Assembly: GCA_002773985.1 (NCBI GenBank)
Contig: PEZW01000006.1
Coordinates: forward strand, 1 to 48,443
Reading direction: 5' to 3'
Source of the DNA: Candidatus Berkelbacteria bacterium CG10_big_fil_rev_8_21_14_0_10_43_13
GTDB taxonomy: Bacteria; Patescibacteriota; UBA1384; XYA2-FULL-43-10; 1-14-0-10-43-13
Length of the DNA: 48,443 nucleotides
Shown here: positions 8,589 through 17,328 of the stretch, piece after piece
Numbering within the stretch: position 1 is the first letter of the stretch
How the letters are laid out: every line of letters starts with the position of its first letter
The notes under the pieces: model-generated
Seen by the model: only the letters and a program-made list of their open reading frames with translations
Databases searched by the model: none
Told to the model about the DNA's origin: nothing
Translations under genes and position numbers: made by a program

Positions 8589-9350
8589 TCACCGACCAAC
8601 ATGCTTCGGTGTGAAGCAACAATAGCCAATCTTGTCCGCATCGGCGCCAATTTTTTTCCATTTCCCTTTTGGAATTGCTCTCAACGCCGCCGGATAGAGA
8701 ATATTGTTTTCCTTGAAGATATGGTCGCGCAAACTGGCGATTAGCTCTCCCGACATTTTCAAAAACCTTTCTCGAAATTGTTCAAAATTCTTGATTTTCC
8801 GGTCACTCGCCAAATCGTGTAAATCTTTTTTTAATTTTCGCAATGTTCCATGTTCCATCGTCATTATCTCCGGCGGACCGTACACGCCGTATTTTTCCAC
8901 CTCCGGAAACAGCACTTCCTCTTCGCGCTGATGGTGTTTCTCGGCGGCGATTAAATGGTGCGTCAGATGTTGAAAACGTCCCCAAAAATCTGCCGGTAAG
9001 TCATTTTCTCTGTTGACTGTTCCGACCTCGGAGCTTAGCTTCTCCAAGCTCTCCAAGAATTTTAAAATCTCTTCGTGTTCAGCTACTAAAACACTCAGTG
9101 GATGATTTTCTGGAATCTGTGACTTCATTTTTTCCAGATCGTCAGACATTAATTCCAAATGTGCGGCACAAAGATGACTGAGCGATGACGGATCGATGCC
9201 CTCCTCGATGATAGCTTGCTCAGCCATAATCAGATCTTCGGTATCGACGCTTTTTAGAAAATTTTTTGCTTCCGCCTTTATCTTGTCCGGAGACTCTGTC
9301 TCACTTCGCCGCAAGATTTTCTTCAATTTTTTTACTTTACTTTTCTGCAT
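8589..9350 (-). CDS. DUF438 / hemerythrin HHE cation-binding domain protein
   Basis: Repeated H..E/HH patterns (HLTHHLIAAEKHHQREEEVLFPE, MEHGTLRK, RDHIFKENNILYP). GGAGG 3-nt upstream of the ATG. Confidence 0.8.
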   Translation of the reverse strand: MQKSKVKKLKKILRRSETESPDKIKAEAKNFLKSVDTEDLIMAEQAIIEEGIDPSSLSHLCAAHLELMSDDLEKMKSQIPENHPLSVLVAEHEEILKFLESLEKLSSEVGTVNRENDLPADFWGRFQHLTHHLIAAEKHHQREEEVLFPEVEKYGVYGPPEIMTMEHGTLRKLKKDLHDLASDRKIKNFEQFRERFLKMSGELIASLRDHIFKENNILYPAALRAIPKGKWKKIGADADKIGYCCFTPKHVGR

Positions 9351-9441
9351 ATTCCTCCATGTGACCGAGTGCCGGAGATACGGAGGGACCGAGAGATTGT
9401 TTTTTCAACCCTCTGCCACTCTGATACTCTGCCTCTAGTCA

Positions 9442-9846
9442 TTAATTAATTATCTCCGTCAACGTTGTGTTGGTCAAAAATTCGTCTATAAAGACCTCAA
9501 TCTTGCCGACAGTTTGGCGGAAAAGACAGGTCTCCTTCGGACAATACGGCGCCCGGCCGTCGGCACATTTGATGATGTTCGCCGGCTGGACAGCACGAAG
9601 CACCTCAAGCAAATTGATTTCACTTGGATCACGAGATAGGCGAAATCCGCCGTTTGGCCCAAGTCGCGATTCTACGATTCCGGCGCTTGCTAGACGCTGA
9701 AAAATCTTTGCCATCAGCGATTCAGAGATACTTCTCTCCCGTGCCAAGACCTTGGCATCGCGGAAATTTTCCCCGCTCTTGCTCAGCTCAATCAGCCCCA
9801 ACATCGCATACTCAGTTTCTTTTTTAATCAACACATTAACCTCCAA
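9442..9846 (-). CDS. Rrf2-family transcriptional regulator
   Basis: TEYAMLGLIEL ... SLMAKIFQRLASAGIVESRLGPNGGFRL wHTH signature with C-terminal Cys residues. The likelier start is GTG at 9834, after GGAGG. Confidence 0.85.
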   Translation of the reverse strand: MEVNVLIKKETEYAMLGLIELSKSGENFRDAKVLARERSISESLMAKIFQRLASAGIVESRLGPNGGFRLSRDPSEINLLEVLRAVQPANIIKCADGRAPYCPKETCLFRQTVGKIEVFIDEFLTNTTLTEIIN

Positions 9847-9872
9847 AATGATTACGAAACTACAAAATGACT

Positions 9873-9944
9873 ACAATCATTACAAAACTTGACACGAGAG
9901 TGATTTGTAAGATTTGTGACTATTTGTAGTTTTGTAATGATTGT
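9873..9944. promoter_or_regulatory. 16-bp perfect inverted repeat upstream of the Rrf2 gene
   Basis: ACAATCATTACAAAAC (9873-9888) and GTTTTGTAATGATTGT (9929-9944) flank 40 bp. Confidence 0.3.
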
Positions 9945-10077
9945 CATATTTAAGACTATTAAAGTCCTAAATAGCCATCTAGTCAAGACAACTTTTTTTA
10001 CCATATAAAAAAATACCGTGTCAGAAACGATACTTTCTCAATTTCGTATTTTTGTATAATTTGTATTTTCGTGATTA

Positions 10078-10179
10078 TTATCTTATCCCGAAAAATTTGA
10101 TCGCTTTTCTGGTTCGCTCCTCCTCGACTTGGTTCAGAGGAATGTTTTTGATCTCGGCAATTTTAATCCTTCTTTGAGC
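10078..10179 (-). pseudogene. Diverged duplicate of the TatD C-terminus
   Basis: Translates to AQRRIKIAEIKNIPLNQVEEERTRKAIKFFGIR*. Compare the tatD end here, VAKKIAEIKNIPLAQVEEETTKKAMKFFGIK*. The flanking TTTTCGTGATTAT word is also duplicated. Confidence 0.6.
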
Positions 10180-10245
10180 GTAAATTTACCAGTAGAGCGT
10201 ATATTGACAAAATCACGGTATACAGGTAATTCTAAACCGAATTCC

Positions 10246-10914
10246 CTATCCCGCGGCCAGATATTTTTTCACTGTATCAGCGAGATATTTTTTGATCGTT
10301 TCGAGATCAATCTCATCACTTTTAAATAAGATCGGCTCGATTTCGATGTCGTCGAAATAAACCAGGCTTTTGAGAATTGTGTTGGTGTTAATTGTTGGAA
10401 ATTTTTCTGTCGCAATTTCAAAAAGGTTCTCCAGACTGATATCGTGTAGAATAAAATAAAGGTCAACATAGTCCTTCAAAACGGATCGGCTGGTAATCGC
10501 CGACAATTTCATCGCCCCGACCTCTCCGACGGAAGCCATATTGAAATTATTCTCGTCTAGTAGTGGCTCAACCAGTCTATATGGGTAGCTAAAAAAACTT
10601 AGTTTAATATTCTCGTCAACAACAAGAGTCAGTGTGTCCTTTTCCTCCTGTGTTTTGACAATCCTGTGGTCGGCAAAGACTTGCTCAACTTTGTGAAATA
10701 ATTCTTCAGTCGAGAAAGATCGAGACGAAAAGAAGTCAAAATCAATGCTATCACGATGACCAATCTGCAAAGCCAAGGCTGTGCCGCCCGCAAGATAAAA
10801 ATCATCCTTGAATGGTTTGAAAAGCGGCAAAAGGTCGAGACGTTTTTGGTCTAAAATTTCCCAATGGAATTGTTTATCCATTTGATATCCTGTCTTGCTT
10901 CGACTTTGGCTCAA
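10246..10914 (-). CDS. Nucleotidyltransferase of the AbiEii/AbiGii (DUF1814) toxin family
   Basis: FYLAGGTALALQIGHRDSIDFDFF nucleotidyltransferase core. Overlaps the upstream small gene. Confidence 0.8.
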   Translation of the reverse strand: MSQSRSKTGYQMDKQFHWEILDQKRLDLLPLFKPFKDDFYLAGGTALALQIGHRDSIDFDFFSSRSFSTEELFHKVEQVFADHRIVKTQEEKDTLTLVVDENIKLSFFSYPYRLVEPLLDENNFNMASVGEVGAMKLSAITSRSVLKDYVDLYFILHDISLENLFEIATEKFPTINTNTILKSLVYFDDIEIEPILFKSDEIDLETIKKYLADTVKKYLAAG

Positions 10915-11161
10915 TATTCAAATATATTTTCCACAAAGCCAGTGACTTTTTGTCCCATTGACCGATTGGAATCGTCTCAGCTGTTTTTCGGATTTCTTCT
11001 GTCTTGTAAGTTCGGAAAAGCCAGTCTGTCGCTTCTTTGGTACCAAAATTAAGAACCTGAGCGATAATTATTTTTTTATGAATATCAAAATCAATCTCAT
11101 CGATGTCATAAGACCAGAGAACATTTTGAACCGATTTTGGTAGTCTCGTCTGCATATTCAT
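10874..11161 (-). CDS. Small partner protein of the nucleotidyltransferase (DUF6922-like, putative antitoxin)
   Basis: 95-aa ORF overlapping the NTase gene by 41 nt. Pairing and order are typical of two-gene NTase modules. Confidence 0.55.
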   Translation of the reverse strand: MNMQTRLPKSVQNVLWSYDIDEIDFDIHKKIIIAQVLNFGTKEATDWLFRTYKTEEIRKTAETIPIGQWDKKSLALWKIYLNIEPKSKQDRISNG

Positions 11162-11302
11162 ATTATATCACAATCTCACTGAATTAGCTCCGACACTTTC
11201 GTAGTTTCGTCCCGACGACAACTATTGAGCAAAGAAAGTAGTGTCGGGATCCCGCTGCCGTCAGACGGCCATCGGGATAAAGTTTTCGTATTTTCGTGAT
11301 TA

Positions 11303-12088
11303 TCACTTGATGCCAAAAAACTTCATTGCTTTTTTGGTCGTTTCCTCCTCGACTTGAGCCAAGGGAATATTTTTAATCTCGGCAATTTTTTTCGCTACTT
11401 TGACGACATAAACCGGTTCGTTTCTTTTGCCACGTAGCGGCTCTGGAGCTAGATACGGCGAATCAGTTTCGATCATCATTGAACCAAGAGGGATTTTCTT
11501 TATCGCGTCGACAAGATCAGGATTTTTGTAGGTGATATTGCCGGTAACGGAGATCGCCAGACCGATATCGAGAATTTTCTCAGCAAAATCATAATCACCG
11601 GAAAAGCAGTGAATGACCCCCTTGATCTGATTTTTGTAAGTTTTCAGGATCGCCAAGATGTCAGCATCAGCTTCACGGCTGTGAACAATCGCCGGCAAGC
11701 CGGTTTCTAGCGCCAGATCCAGCATTTGTTCAAAACAGAATATTTGCTCTTCACGTGTCGGATAATGAGAGTATTTCGAGGAACGTTTCAAATAATAATA
11801 ATCAAGTCCGATCTCACCGATAGCGACGACTTTTTCGTGATTTGTCAACGCCATCAACTGACCCTTTGATTCAATATCAAGATCGTTGGCACAGTGCGGA
11901 TGAAAACCGGCGGCGGCATAAACTTCAGGATAACGTCTTGCAATATCAAGAGCGTGTTTTGATGTGTCAAAATCGACTCCGGGATTGAGAATTCGCCCGA
12001 CACCGACTTCCTTGGCACGTCCAAGCACAGCCGAAACTTCGGTCTTGTACTCCGGAAAATCTAAATGTGCGTGAGTATCTATGAACAT
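11303..12088 (-). CDS. tatD: TatD-family metal-dependent hydrolase/DNase
   Basis: MFIDTHAHLDF start, HCFSG and ETDSPYL motifs. 261 aa. Confidence 0.92.
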   Translation of the reverse strand: MFIDTHAHLDFPEYKTEVSAVLGRAKEVGVGRILNPGVDFDTSKHALDIARRYPEVYAAAGFHPHCANDLDIESKGQLMALTNHEKVVAIGEIGLDYYYLKRSSKYSHYPTREEQIFCFEQMLDLALETGLPAIVHSREADADILAILKTYKNQIKGVIHCFSGDYDFAEKILDIGLAISVTGNITYKNPDLVDAIKKIPLGSMMIETDSPYLAPEPLRGKRNEPVYVVKVAKKIAEIKNIPLAQVEEETTKKAMKFFGIK

Positions 12089-12125
12089 CGCAAAAATTTC
12101 TAATTACTCTAATTGTTCTAATCAT

Positions 12126-12220
12126 CTCCTCCCCTTAGCAAGGGGAGGTTGGGGTGGGGTATGGTTTCAATTAGTTTAACCCTATCATACCCCATCTAAC
12201 TTCCCCTGTCTCAGGGGAAG
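12126..12220. repeat. Inverted pair of family-2 hairpin repeats
   Basis: CTCCTCCCCTTAGCAAGGGGAGGTTGGGGTGGGGTAT (12126-12162) faces ATACCCCATCTAACTTCCCCTGTCTCAGGGGAAG (12187-12220). Confidence 0.85.
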
Positions 12221-12249
12221 AACCACTAAAACTTAGGTCAATTATCATT

Positions 12250-13104
12250 TTACTTTACTGTTACACTATAAACTATACACCCGACTATCACCAGCGCACC
12301 AATCAGATCACGCTTGTAACCTCTGCGCTCGTGGAAATAGAAATATGATGGCAGATATGTCAGGACAGGTCCGAGAAGCAAGATGATTGTCGTCTCGGAG
12401 ACACCGATCGTCCGCAAGGCGTAATATTTCAACACCATCATAGTCGCCCCGAGCAGAGAAGCAATCACCAGCCAGCGCATCGCATCACGGTATTTGAGCA
12501 CATTAGTATTTGGTTTATAAATGAAGAGAAAAATGATCGCCACGACCAAAACTCGGGCGAAATAAAGAATCATCGGTGAGTAAACCACAAGTAATTTACG
12601 CAAAAGAATGGTTTCGATAGCGATGAAGAGCACTGCCCAGAGCGTCCGTTTGGCTGATTTTGTCAGTTGCAGATGATGACGCCGGATCTTCGTCGCGACT
12701 AGAGCAAGTGAAGCGACGATACCGGCGAAAAAGATGTGGATGTTGCGCTCCGCCGGCAGAAAAATTGCCGCTAAAACGATCGTGATCAAGGGTGCAGTCA
12801 GGATGATCAGTTCATACTCACACAGCGGCTCTGTCTGCAAACTTTCAGCCACCAATACATTCCAAATCGCTGCCGCCGATACCATCAAGACAAAGAGTAT
12901 GATGTATTGCGCTGAAAAAGCGCCCGGTTTTATACTGGCATCGAAGCGCAAAAAGAAAGCCGAGATAATCGTCAGCAAGACAAAAACATAAGGCAAATAA
13001 TATTTGAGCGGTAGCTTCAACTTGCCCAAAAGATATTTGAGGCTGGTATCGTTTCCCGCCGAAGCTATCGCTGCTAGAAATGCACTGAGCAAAATCCCCT
13101 CCAA
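12250..13104 (-). CDS. EamA/DMT-type 10-TM transporter
   Basis: 284 aa, almost entirely hydrophobic helices in two halves. TTG start 6 nt after the GGAGG supplied by the repeat at 13111. Confidence 0.75.
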   Translation of the reverse strand: MEGILLSAFLAAIASAGNDTSLKYLLGKLKLPLKYYLPYVFVLLTIISAFFLRFDASIKPGAFSAQYIILFVLMVSAAAIWNVLVAESLQTEPLCEYELIILTAPLITIVLAAIFLPAERNIHIFFAGIVASLALVATKIRRHHLQLTKSAKRTLWAVLFIAIETILLRKLLVVYSPMILYFARVLVVAIIFLFIYKPNTNVLKYRDAMRWLVIASLLGATMMVLKYYALRTIGVSETTIILLLGPVLTYLPSYFYFHERRGYKRDLIGALVIVGCIVYSVTVK

Positions 13105-13110
13105 ATGTTT

Positions 13111-13144
13111 CCTCCCCTTAGTAAGGGGAGGTTAGGTGGGGTAT
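13111..13144 (-). promoter_or_regulatory. Family-2 hairpin repeat supplying a self-paired Shine-Dalgarno for the EamA gene
   Basis: Minus strand reads ATACCCCACCTAACCTCCCCTTACTAAGGGGAGGAAACAT-TTG. The 9-bp stem CCTCCCCTT/AAGGGGAGG contains the SD. Confidence 0.6.
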
Positions 13145-13227
13145 GACCCCAACGTATTTATGACAAACCTTCAATTCTTATTCTAATACAAAAAAAGACC
13201 CTTTGCTATAAGGTCATGTTGTTTTAA

Positions 13228-13265
13228 GGTGGGTCCCCGTCGCCTTGCGGCGGCGAGGTCCCACC
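13228..13265. terminator. 17-bp GC-rich hairpin at the 3' boundary of island B
   Basis: GGTGGGTCCCCGTCGCC-TTGC-GGCGGCGAGGTCCCACC (two mismatches). On the minus strand it is followed by TTAAAACAAC. Confidence 0.4.
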
Positions 13266-13337
13266 ACGGTAGTCAGCGTGCGGTTGCTTAGCCACAACGC
13301 CTGGCTCTACGACCTCCATCCCGTTTCTCGGCCCATG

Positions 13338-13904
13338 CTACAGAGGAAGTATCCTGGTCATCAGAGCTTTCTCCCTCCTTCGGTGGAAAAGGCTCTTGAC
13401 CGGCAGGTCTCCAAGCCTTTCCAGTGACTGACCGAAGCTCGCGATCACCGCGCCATCTCGGTCGACCAGATCGACGAAGATACATGCTGTTTCTGTCTCT
13501 CCCAGACCTTCAGTCAGAATAACGGTCATGGGACCGCTTTCGACGGTAGCTTCCACCGACTCCCCCGGATGAAGCGTGGTCTCGCAGTTGCCACAGTCGT
13601 CACGGTTCAGAACACGAACGTCAATTCTCTTCTCACTTTCGTCCTGGCACCACGGGTGGTAGCTCGGATTGAAGAAAGCCACCCTCATCAGCTCATAGGT
13701 GACATCGCTACTACCGATGTTCTCGACCACCAAATCGACGACGTACTCTTTCACTCCTGTCTTGTCGTCGGCATGGTATAGACCACGGCTCAGCGCTATC
13801 GAGACCGTGATTGCATTCGACGGCGTGGCGATATCCCGTTCGGCATCAGACAGGATGTGGAGACAAATCAGCGCCAAACAGACAACTACCAGTACTCGCT
13901 TCAT
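13338..13904 (-). CDS. GC-rich orphan secreted protein (island B)
   Basis: MKRVLVVVCLALICLHILSDA signal-like N-terminus. GAGAGG ~6 nt before ATG 13904. The ORF-track start 13943 lies upstream of the predicted TSS. Several Cys residues (WCQDE, DDCGNCE). Confidence 0.55.
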   Translation of the reverse strand: MKRVLVVVCLALICLHILSDAERDIATPSNAITVSIALSRGLYHADDKTGVKEYVVDLVVENIGSSDVTYELMRVAFFNPSYHPWCQDESEKRIDVRVLNRDDCGNCETTLHPGESVEATVESGPMTVILTEGLGETETACIFVDLVDRDGAVIASFGQSLERLGDLPVKSLFHRRREKALMTRILPL

Positions 13905-13934
13905 CACCCACCTCTCTCGAACAGAATTGAGATA

Positions 13935-13963
13935 TTTATACACTTCTTATTAAATATTTTCAA
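13935..13963 (-). promoter_or_regulatory. Promoter TTGAAA-17-TATAAA for island B
   Basis: Minus strand: TTGAAA (13963-13958), 17-nt spacer, TATAAA (13940-13935). The composition switch begins ~15 nt downstream. Confidence 0.45.
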
Positions 13964-14181
13964 TCCCAAACCAAAAAATCCGCTTTGAAAAAAACGAATA
14001 ATAAGAAAGACTATTTTGTGTTATTCTTCCAATCGCGGGAATAACGGCTCTGGCTCGAGTGATTCAGAGATCAGACTTTAATTTGAATATGTACCAAACA
14101 AAATCCCCTCCGAAATCAGTTACTTTGACTAGATTATAGAACAAAAAAGATATCAAGTCACCTATGTAATTTCAAAAACAC

Positions 14182-14586
14182 TCAGGCTTCAGCAATTATC
14201 TGAGCACTTTCCAGAAGAGTTTCTAGATCGTTATAAATCGTATCTTTCTTCTCCGGTGAAACAATCTTTTCGTCCTCCAGCAACTCACTGATCACCGATT
14301 TTATCGCCTCAGCATGGTCTTCCTGATACTCCGGTTTGGCAAGTATTTCCGCAAATCTGTCCTGATTTTCCTGCGTTGGTCCTTCAGTCAAACTTTGCAA
14401 AAATCCTTTGTCTGTTGCAGACAGCTTGCCAAAAATATTGAGAATAAAATTTTTCAGAATGAGTTCTCTCACCTTCACTTTCAACTCATCACTTTCTTCC
14501 TTTCTGAGTTGAAAATGATTGAAAATTTGATCGATTATTGAGTCTTGGTTCATACTATTTTGATTATTAAGATCCCGAATCTTCAC
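14182..14586 (-). CDS. Acidic helical hypothetical protein
   Basis: 134-aa ORF, 4 nt after the upstream gene, same strand as metG. No motif recognised. Confidence 0.55.
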   Translation of the reverse strand: MKIRDLNNQNSMNQDSIIDQIFNHFQLRKEESDELKVKVRELILKNFILNIFGKLSATDKGFLQSLTEGPTQENQDRFAEILAKPEYQEDHAEAIKSVISELLEDEKIVSPEKKDTIYNDLETLLESAQIIAEA

Positions 14587-14590
14587 TGAT

Positions 14591-15721
14591 TTATGTTTTA
14601 TCCTCTGGTTCGACCATAGATAAATCTCCGTCGGCTTGCCTACTGTTTCCGCCTACCGGGGAAATGGAAGCGGGATTAGGGACGTCCTCTCCTCTTGCCA
14701 GGGAAATGGATTTAGGATTAGGGTTATTTGTACCTAGAGAATTTAGATAATCTCTGATTCGATCAGGAAGATGATCCTTGCCTATTCCAAACATCCTTGT
14801 TGCTAAGCCTGCTGAAAAACCATTGACACCAATAGACTCGCGTATCTTTTCCAGTGAACCAAATCGAGAATCCCTAAAATTAAATTTTGATATTTTGAGT
14901 TTGACAATCGAGCTCAGATTCGGACAATTAATTGCCACTGGACCTTGAAGCTTGAAAAGGTTAACGCTTTGCAACTGCGGCGAGTCAAAAACACTTAAAT
15001 TTTGACCGCCCATAATCTCGTCCACTTCTATTAGATTAGAAGCTCTGAATTCATGTATTCCTTCTCCGATCACAAGGTGATCTATTTCGGTAATTTCCGG
15101 CGGAATCGTCTCGGACTCAGAAAAAGGTTTCTCTATTTTGAGCGGTCCGGAGTCATAGCTTTTCCACTCAAGTTTCGCTGTGCCGTCAGAATTTATCTTG
15201 ACATTATATAAACCTCGAGTACCGGGTGGGCAGCAGTCATCTAAAAACTGAGCAATCTTCTGCCCGACTTCCTCATTCTGCTCAACGCCAGACTGCTCCT
15301 CTTTCTGGCCAACACTAGGTTGTTCCTCGGTTATATCAGCATTTTGCGACTCCCTCGCTGACAAAGTTTGTCGCAGAGAATCTGCTTCTGATTTAATTGC
15401 ACGAAATTTCCTCCCAGCCATGGAGCTAGCAAGGAGGGAAACTGCGACCCCAGGATAAAACGCGGCAAGACCTGAGACAACACCGACAGCTGTTACTCCA
15501 ATAGCTTTCACTAGCGCTAGACTAGCTTTGTCATCGAGTTCAGCTAATTTCGCTTGTAATTGCTGATAGTCCGGGCTGTGTTCTGCTTCAACTGTTTCGT
15601 CGGCAGGTACAGAATCGACGCCAGCCTCATCCGGTGGATTTTCAGATTCTTCGACCTCGGTGCCTTCATCTAATTTGGTTTCGTCCTCTGGGTTGTACGA
15701 TAGTACTTCAGGCATTTTCAC
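14591..15721 (-). CDS. Hypothetical protein with acidic N-terminus, one TM region and an LRR-like C-terminal half
   Basis: 376-aa ORF whose ATG overlaps the metG stop by 14 nt. Hydrophobic stretch AIGVTAVGVVSGLAAFYPGVAVSLLA. Repeated NL..V/L patterns. Confidence 0.6.
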   Translation of the reverse strand: MKMPEVLSYNPEDETKLDEGTEVEESENPPDEAGVDSVPADETVEAEHSPDYQQLQAKLAELDDKASLALVKAIGVTAVGVVSGLAAFYPGVAVSLLASSMAGRKFRAIKSEADSLRQTLSARESQNADITEEQPSVGQKEEQSGVEQNEEVGQKIAQFLDDCCPPGTRGLYNVKINSDGTAKLEWKSYDSGPLKIEKPFSESETIPPEITEIDHLVIGEGIHEFRASNLIEVDEIMGGQNLSVFDSPQLQSVNLFKLQGPVAINCPNLSSIVKLKISKFNFRDSRFGSLEKIRESIGVNGFSAGLATRMFGIGKDHLPDRIRDYLNSLGTNNPNPKSISLARGEDVPNPASISPVGGNSRQADGDLSMVEPEDKT

Positions 15722-17237
15722 CCCGCATAAAAAGTGATTGCTCTTCTAATCGTGGGAACAGTGGCACGGGCTCGAGAGATTCGAGCTGATTTTTCATTTT
15801 TTCAGAAGTTTCTGGCATAAATGGCAGGAGTAACTCTGCAATTAAATCTAAATTATTAAATACCTGTAGCAATACCGCTCTTAATTTTTGTGTTTTGTTT
15901 TCCTTTGCCAAAACCCACGGCTGTTTGTCAGCAATGTCTTTATTGGACACAATCGCCAAGTCGTCAATCTTTTTCAGCGCCCCCATAAAATCAAGTTGTT
16001 CCAGTTCGGCGTCGATGGTCACAACCTTGTCATCCCGGACTTGATCCGGGATCTTGTCGCTTAAGATTCCTGCTTTCGCAGGAATGACAACATCGTATTT
16101 ATTTATCATCGAGATCGTCCTCTGCAACAAATTCCCGATATTATTCGCCAATGAATTGTAATGCGAGCCAATTTTTTCGACTGAAATATCGCCGTCTTCA
16201 CCGAAGGGGAATTCACGCAGTAGCGCATAGCGCACGGCATCAGCACCGTATTTCGCCACAACCTCGTTTGGATCGATGACATTGCCAATAGTCTTGCTCA
16301 TTTTCTGATTATTAATTGTAAAGAAGCCGTGGGCAAAAACTTTTTTCGGCAACTCGAGATCAGCCGCCAAGAGCATCGCCGGCCAGATGACAGCGTGAAA
16401 CCAGAGAATGTCTTTCGCCATCAGATGTAAATCAGCCGGCCATATTCCCCCTCCTGAGTCAGGAGGGGCTAGGGGTGGTATGGCGGTCCCCCTCCTCTCC
16501 GAGGAGGGGTTAGGGGTGGTGTGTGCGTAAATCCCCATCGCTGAATAATAATTTAGCAGCGCGTCAACCCAGACATAAATTGTCTGCTCTTTATCGTCTG
16601 GAAATGGAATCCCCCATTTGACGCCGGCTCGTGAGATAGAGACATCTTCAAGTCCCTGTTTTATTTTTCCGACAACTTCGTTTCGGCGCGCTTCCGGTCC
16701 AATCTCAAACTCGCCTGATTCAATCTTTGCCAATATCTTGTCACCAAACTCAGACAGTTTGAAAAAGTAGTTTTCCTCCGCCTGCTTGACTGGCTCCTTT
16801 TTGTGATCAGGGCATTTGCCGTCAACCAGCTCAGATTCTTTCAGAAATTTCTCACAGCCAACACAATAAAGTCCTTCGTATTTTTGCTTTTCAACAAAAC
16901 CCTTCTCTTTCAACATCAAGATAAAATTCTGAACGATTTTTTCATGCTTCGGATCTGTCGTGCGGAAAAATTCATCGTAAGAGATGTTGAGATTCTTCCA
17001 AGCGTCTTGAAATTTTGGCACTAATTCGTCTGCAAATTGCTGTGGCTCTTTGCCCGCCTTCTCAGCCGCTTCGGCAATCTTGGCACCGTGCTCGTCAGTG
17101 CCAGTCAGGAAAAAAACCTCATCACCCTTGGCTCGGTGATGACGCGCCAGCACGTCGGCGGCAATCGTCGTATAGGCGTGACCGATATGCGGAACGTCGT
17201 TGATGTAATAGATTGGAGTCGTAATATAGTATTTCAT
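15708..17237 (-). CDS. metG: Methionyl-tRNA synthetase
   Basis: PHIGHAYT (HIGH) and KMSKT motifs, Cys knuckle CVGCEKF...CPDH. Carries two repeat-derived in-frame insertions. Confidence 0.95.
   Translation of the reverse strand: MKYYITTPIYYINDVPHIGHAYTTIAADVLARHHRAKGDEVFFLTGTDEHGAKIAEAAEKAGKEPQQFADELVPKFQDAWKNLNISYDEFFRTTDPKHEKIVQNFILMLKEKGFVEKQKYEGLYCVGCEKFLKESELVDGKCPDHKKEPVKQAEENYFFKLSEFGDKILAKIESGEFEIGPEARRNEVVGKIKQGLEDVSISRAGVKWGIPFPDDKEQTIYVWVDALLNYYSAMGIYAHTTPNPSSERRGTAIPPLAPPDSGGGIWPADLHLMAKDILWFHAVIWPAMLLAADLELPKKVFAHGFFTINNQKMSKTIGNVIDPNEVVAKYGADAVRYALLREFPFGEDGDISVEKIGSHYNSLANNIGNLLQRTISMINKYDVVIPAKAGILSDKIPDQVRDDKVVTIDAELEQLDFMGALKKIDDLAIVSNKDIADKQPWVLAKENKTQKLRAVLLQVFNNLDLIAELLLPFMPETSEKMKNQLESLEPVPLFPRLEEQSLFMRGENA
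16029..16088. repeat. Family-1 palindromes inside metG
   Basis: GTCATCCCGGACTTGATCCGGGATC ... ATTCCTGCTTTCGCAGGAATGAC. Translated in frame as VVIPAKAGILSDKIPDQVRDDKVV. Confidence 0.85.
16447..16522. repeat. Two tandem family-2 hairpin repeats inside metG
   Basis: CCCCCTCCTGAGTCAGGAGGGGCTAGGGGTGGTAT and CCCCCTCCTCTCCGAGGAGGGGTTAGGGGTGGTGT. Translated as TTPNPSSERRGTAIPPLAPPDSGGGI just before the conserved WPAD. Confidence 0.85.
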
Positions 17238-17274
17238 AAGCCAATATTAACAGAACGGACTCCAACTTTCTACC

Positions 17275-17303
17275 TTGACATTGTCTCATATATAGTTTAG
17301 AAT
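17275..17303 (+). promoter_or_regulatory. Promoter TTGACA-17-TAGAAT for island C
   Basis: TTGACA 17275-17280, 17-nt spacer, TAGAAT 17298-17303. Confidence 0.55.
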
Positions 17304-17328
17304 ATCTGCTGGCAGAGGAGACTAGACC

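Noticed and set aside
15708-15721. Alternative genetic code (UGA or UAA reassignment), as seen in some CPR lineages
   Set aside because: metG and island ORFs terminate sensibly at TGA, other genes end at TAA/TAG, and gene lengths are normal. The single in-frame TAA at 1244 is treated as a local event.
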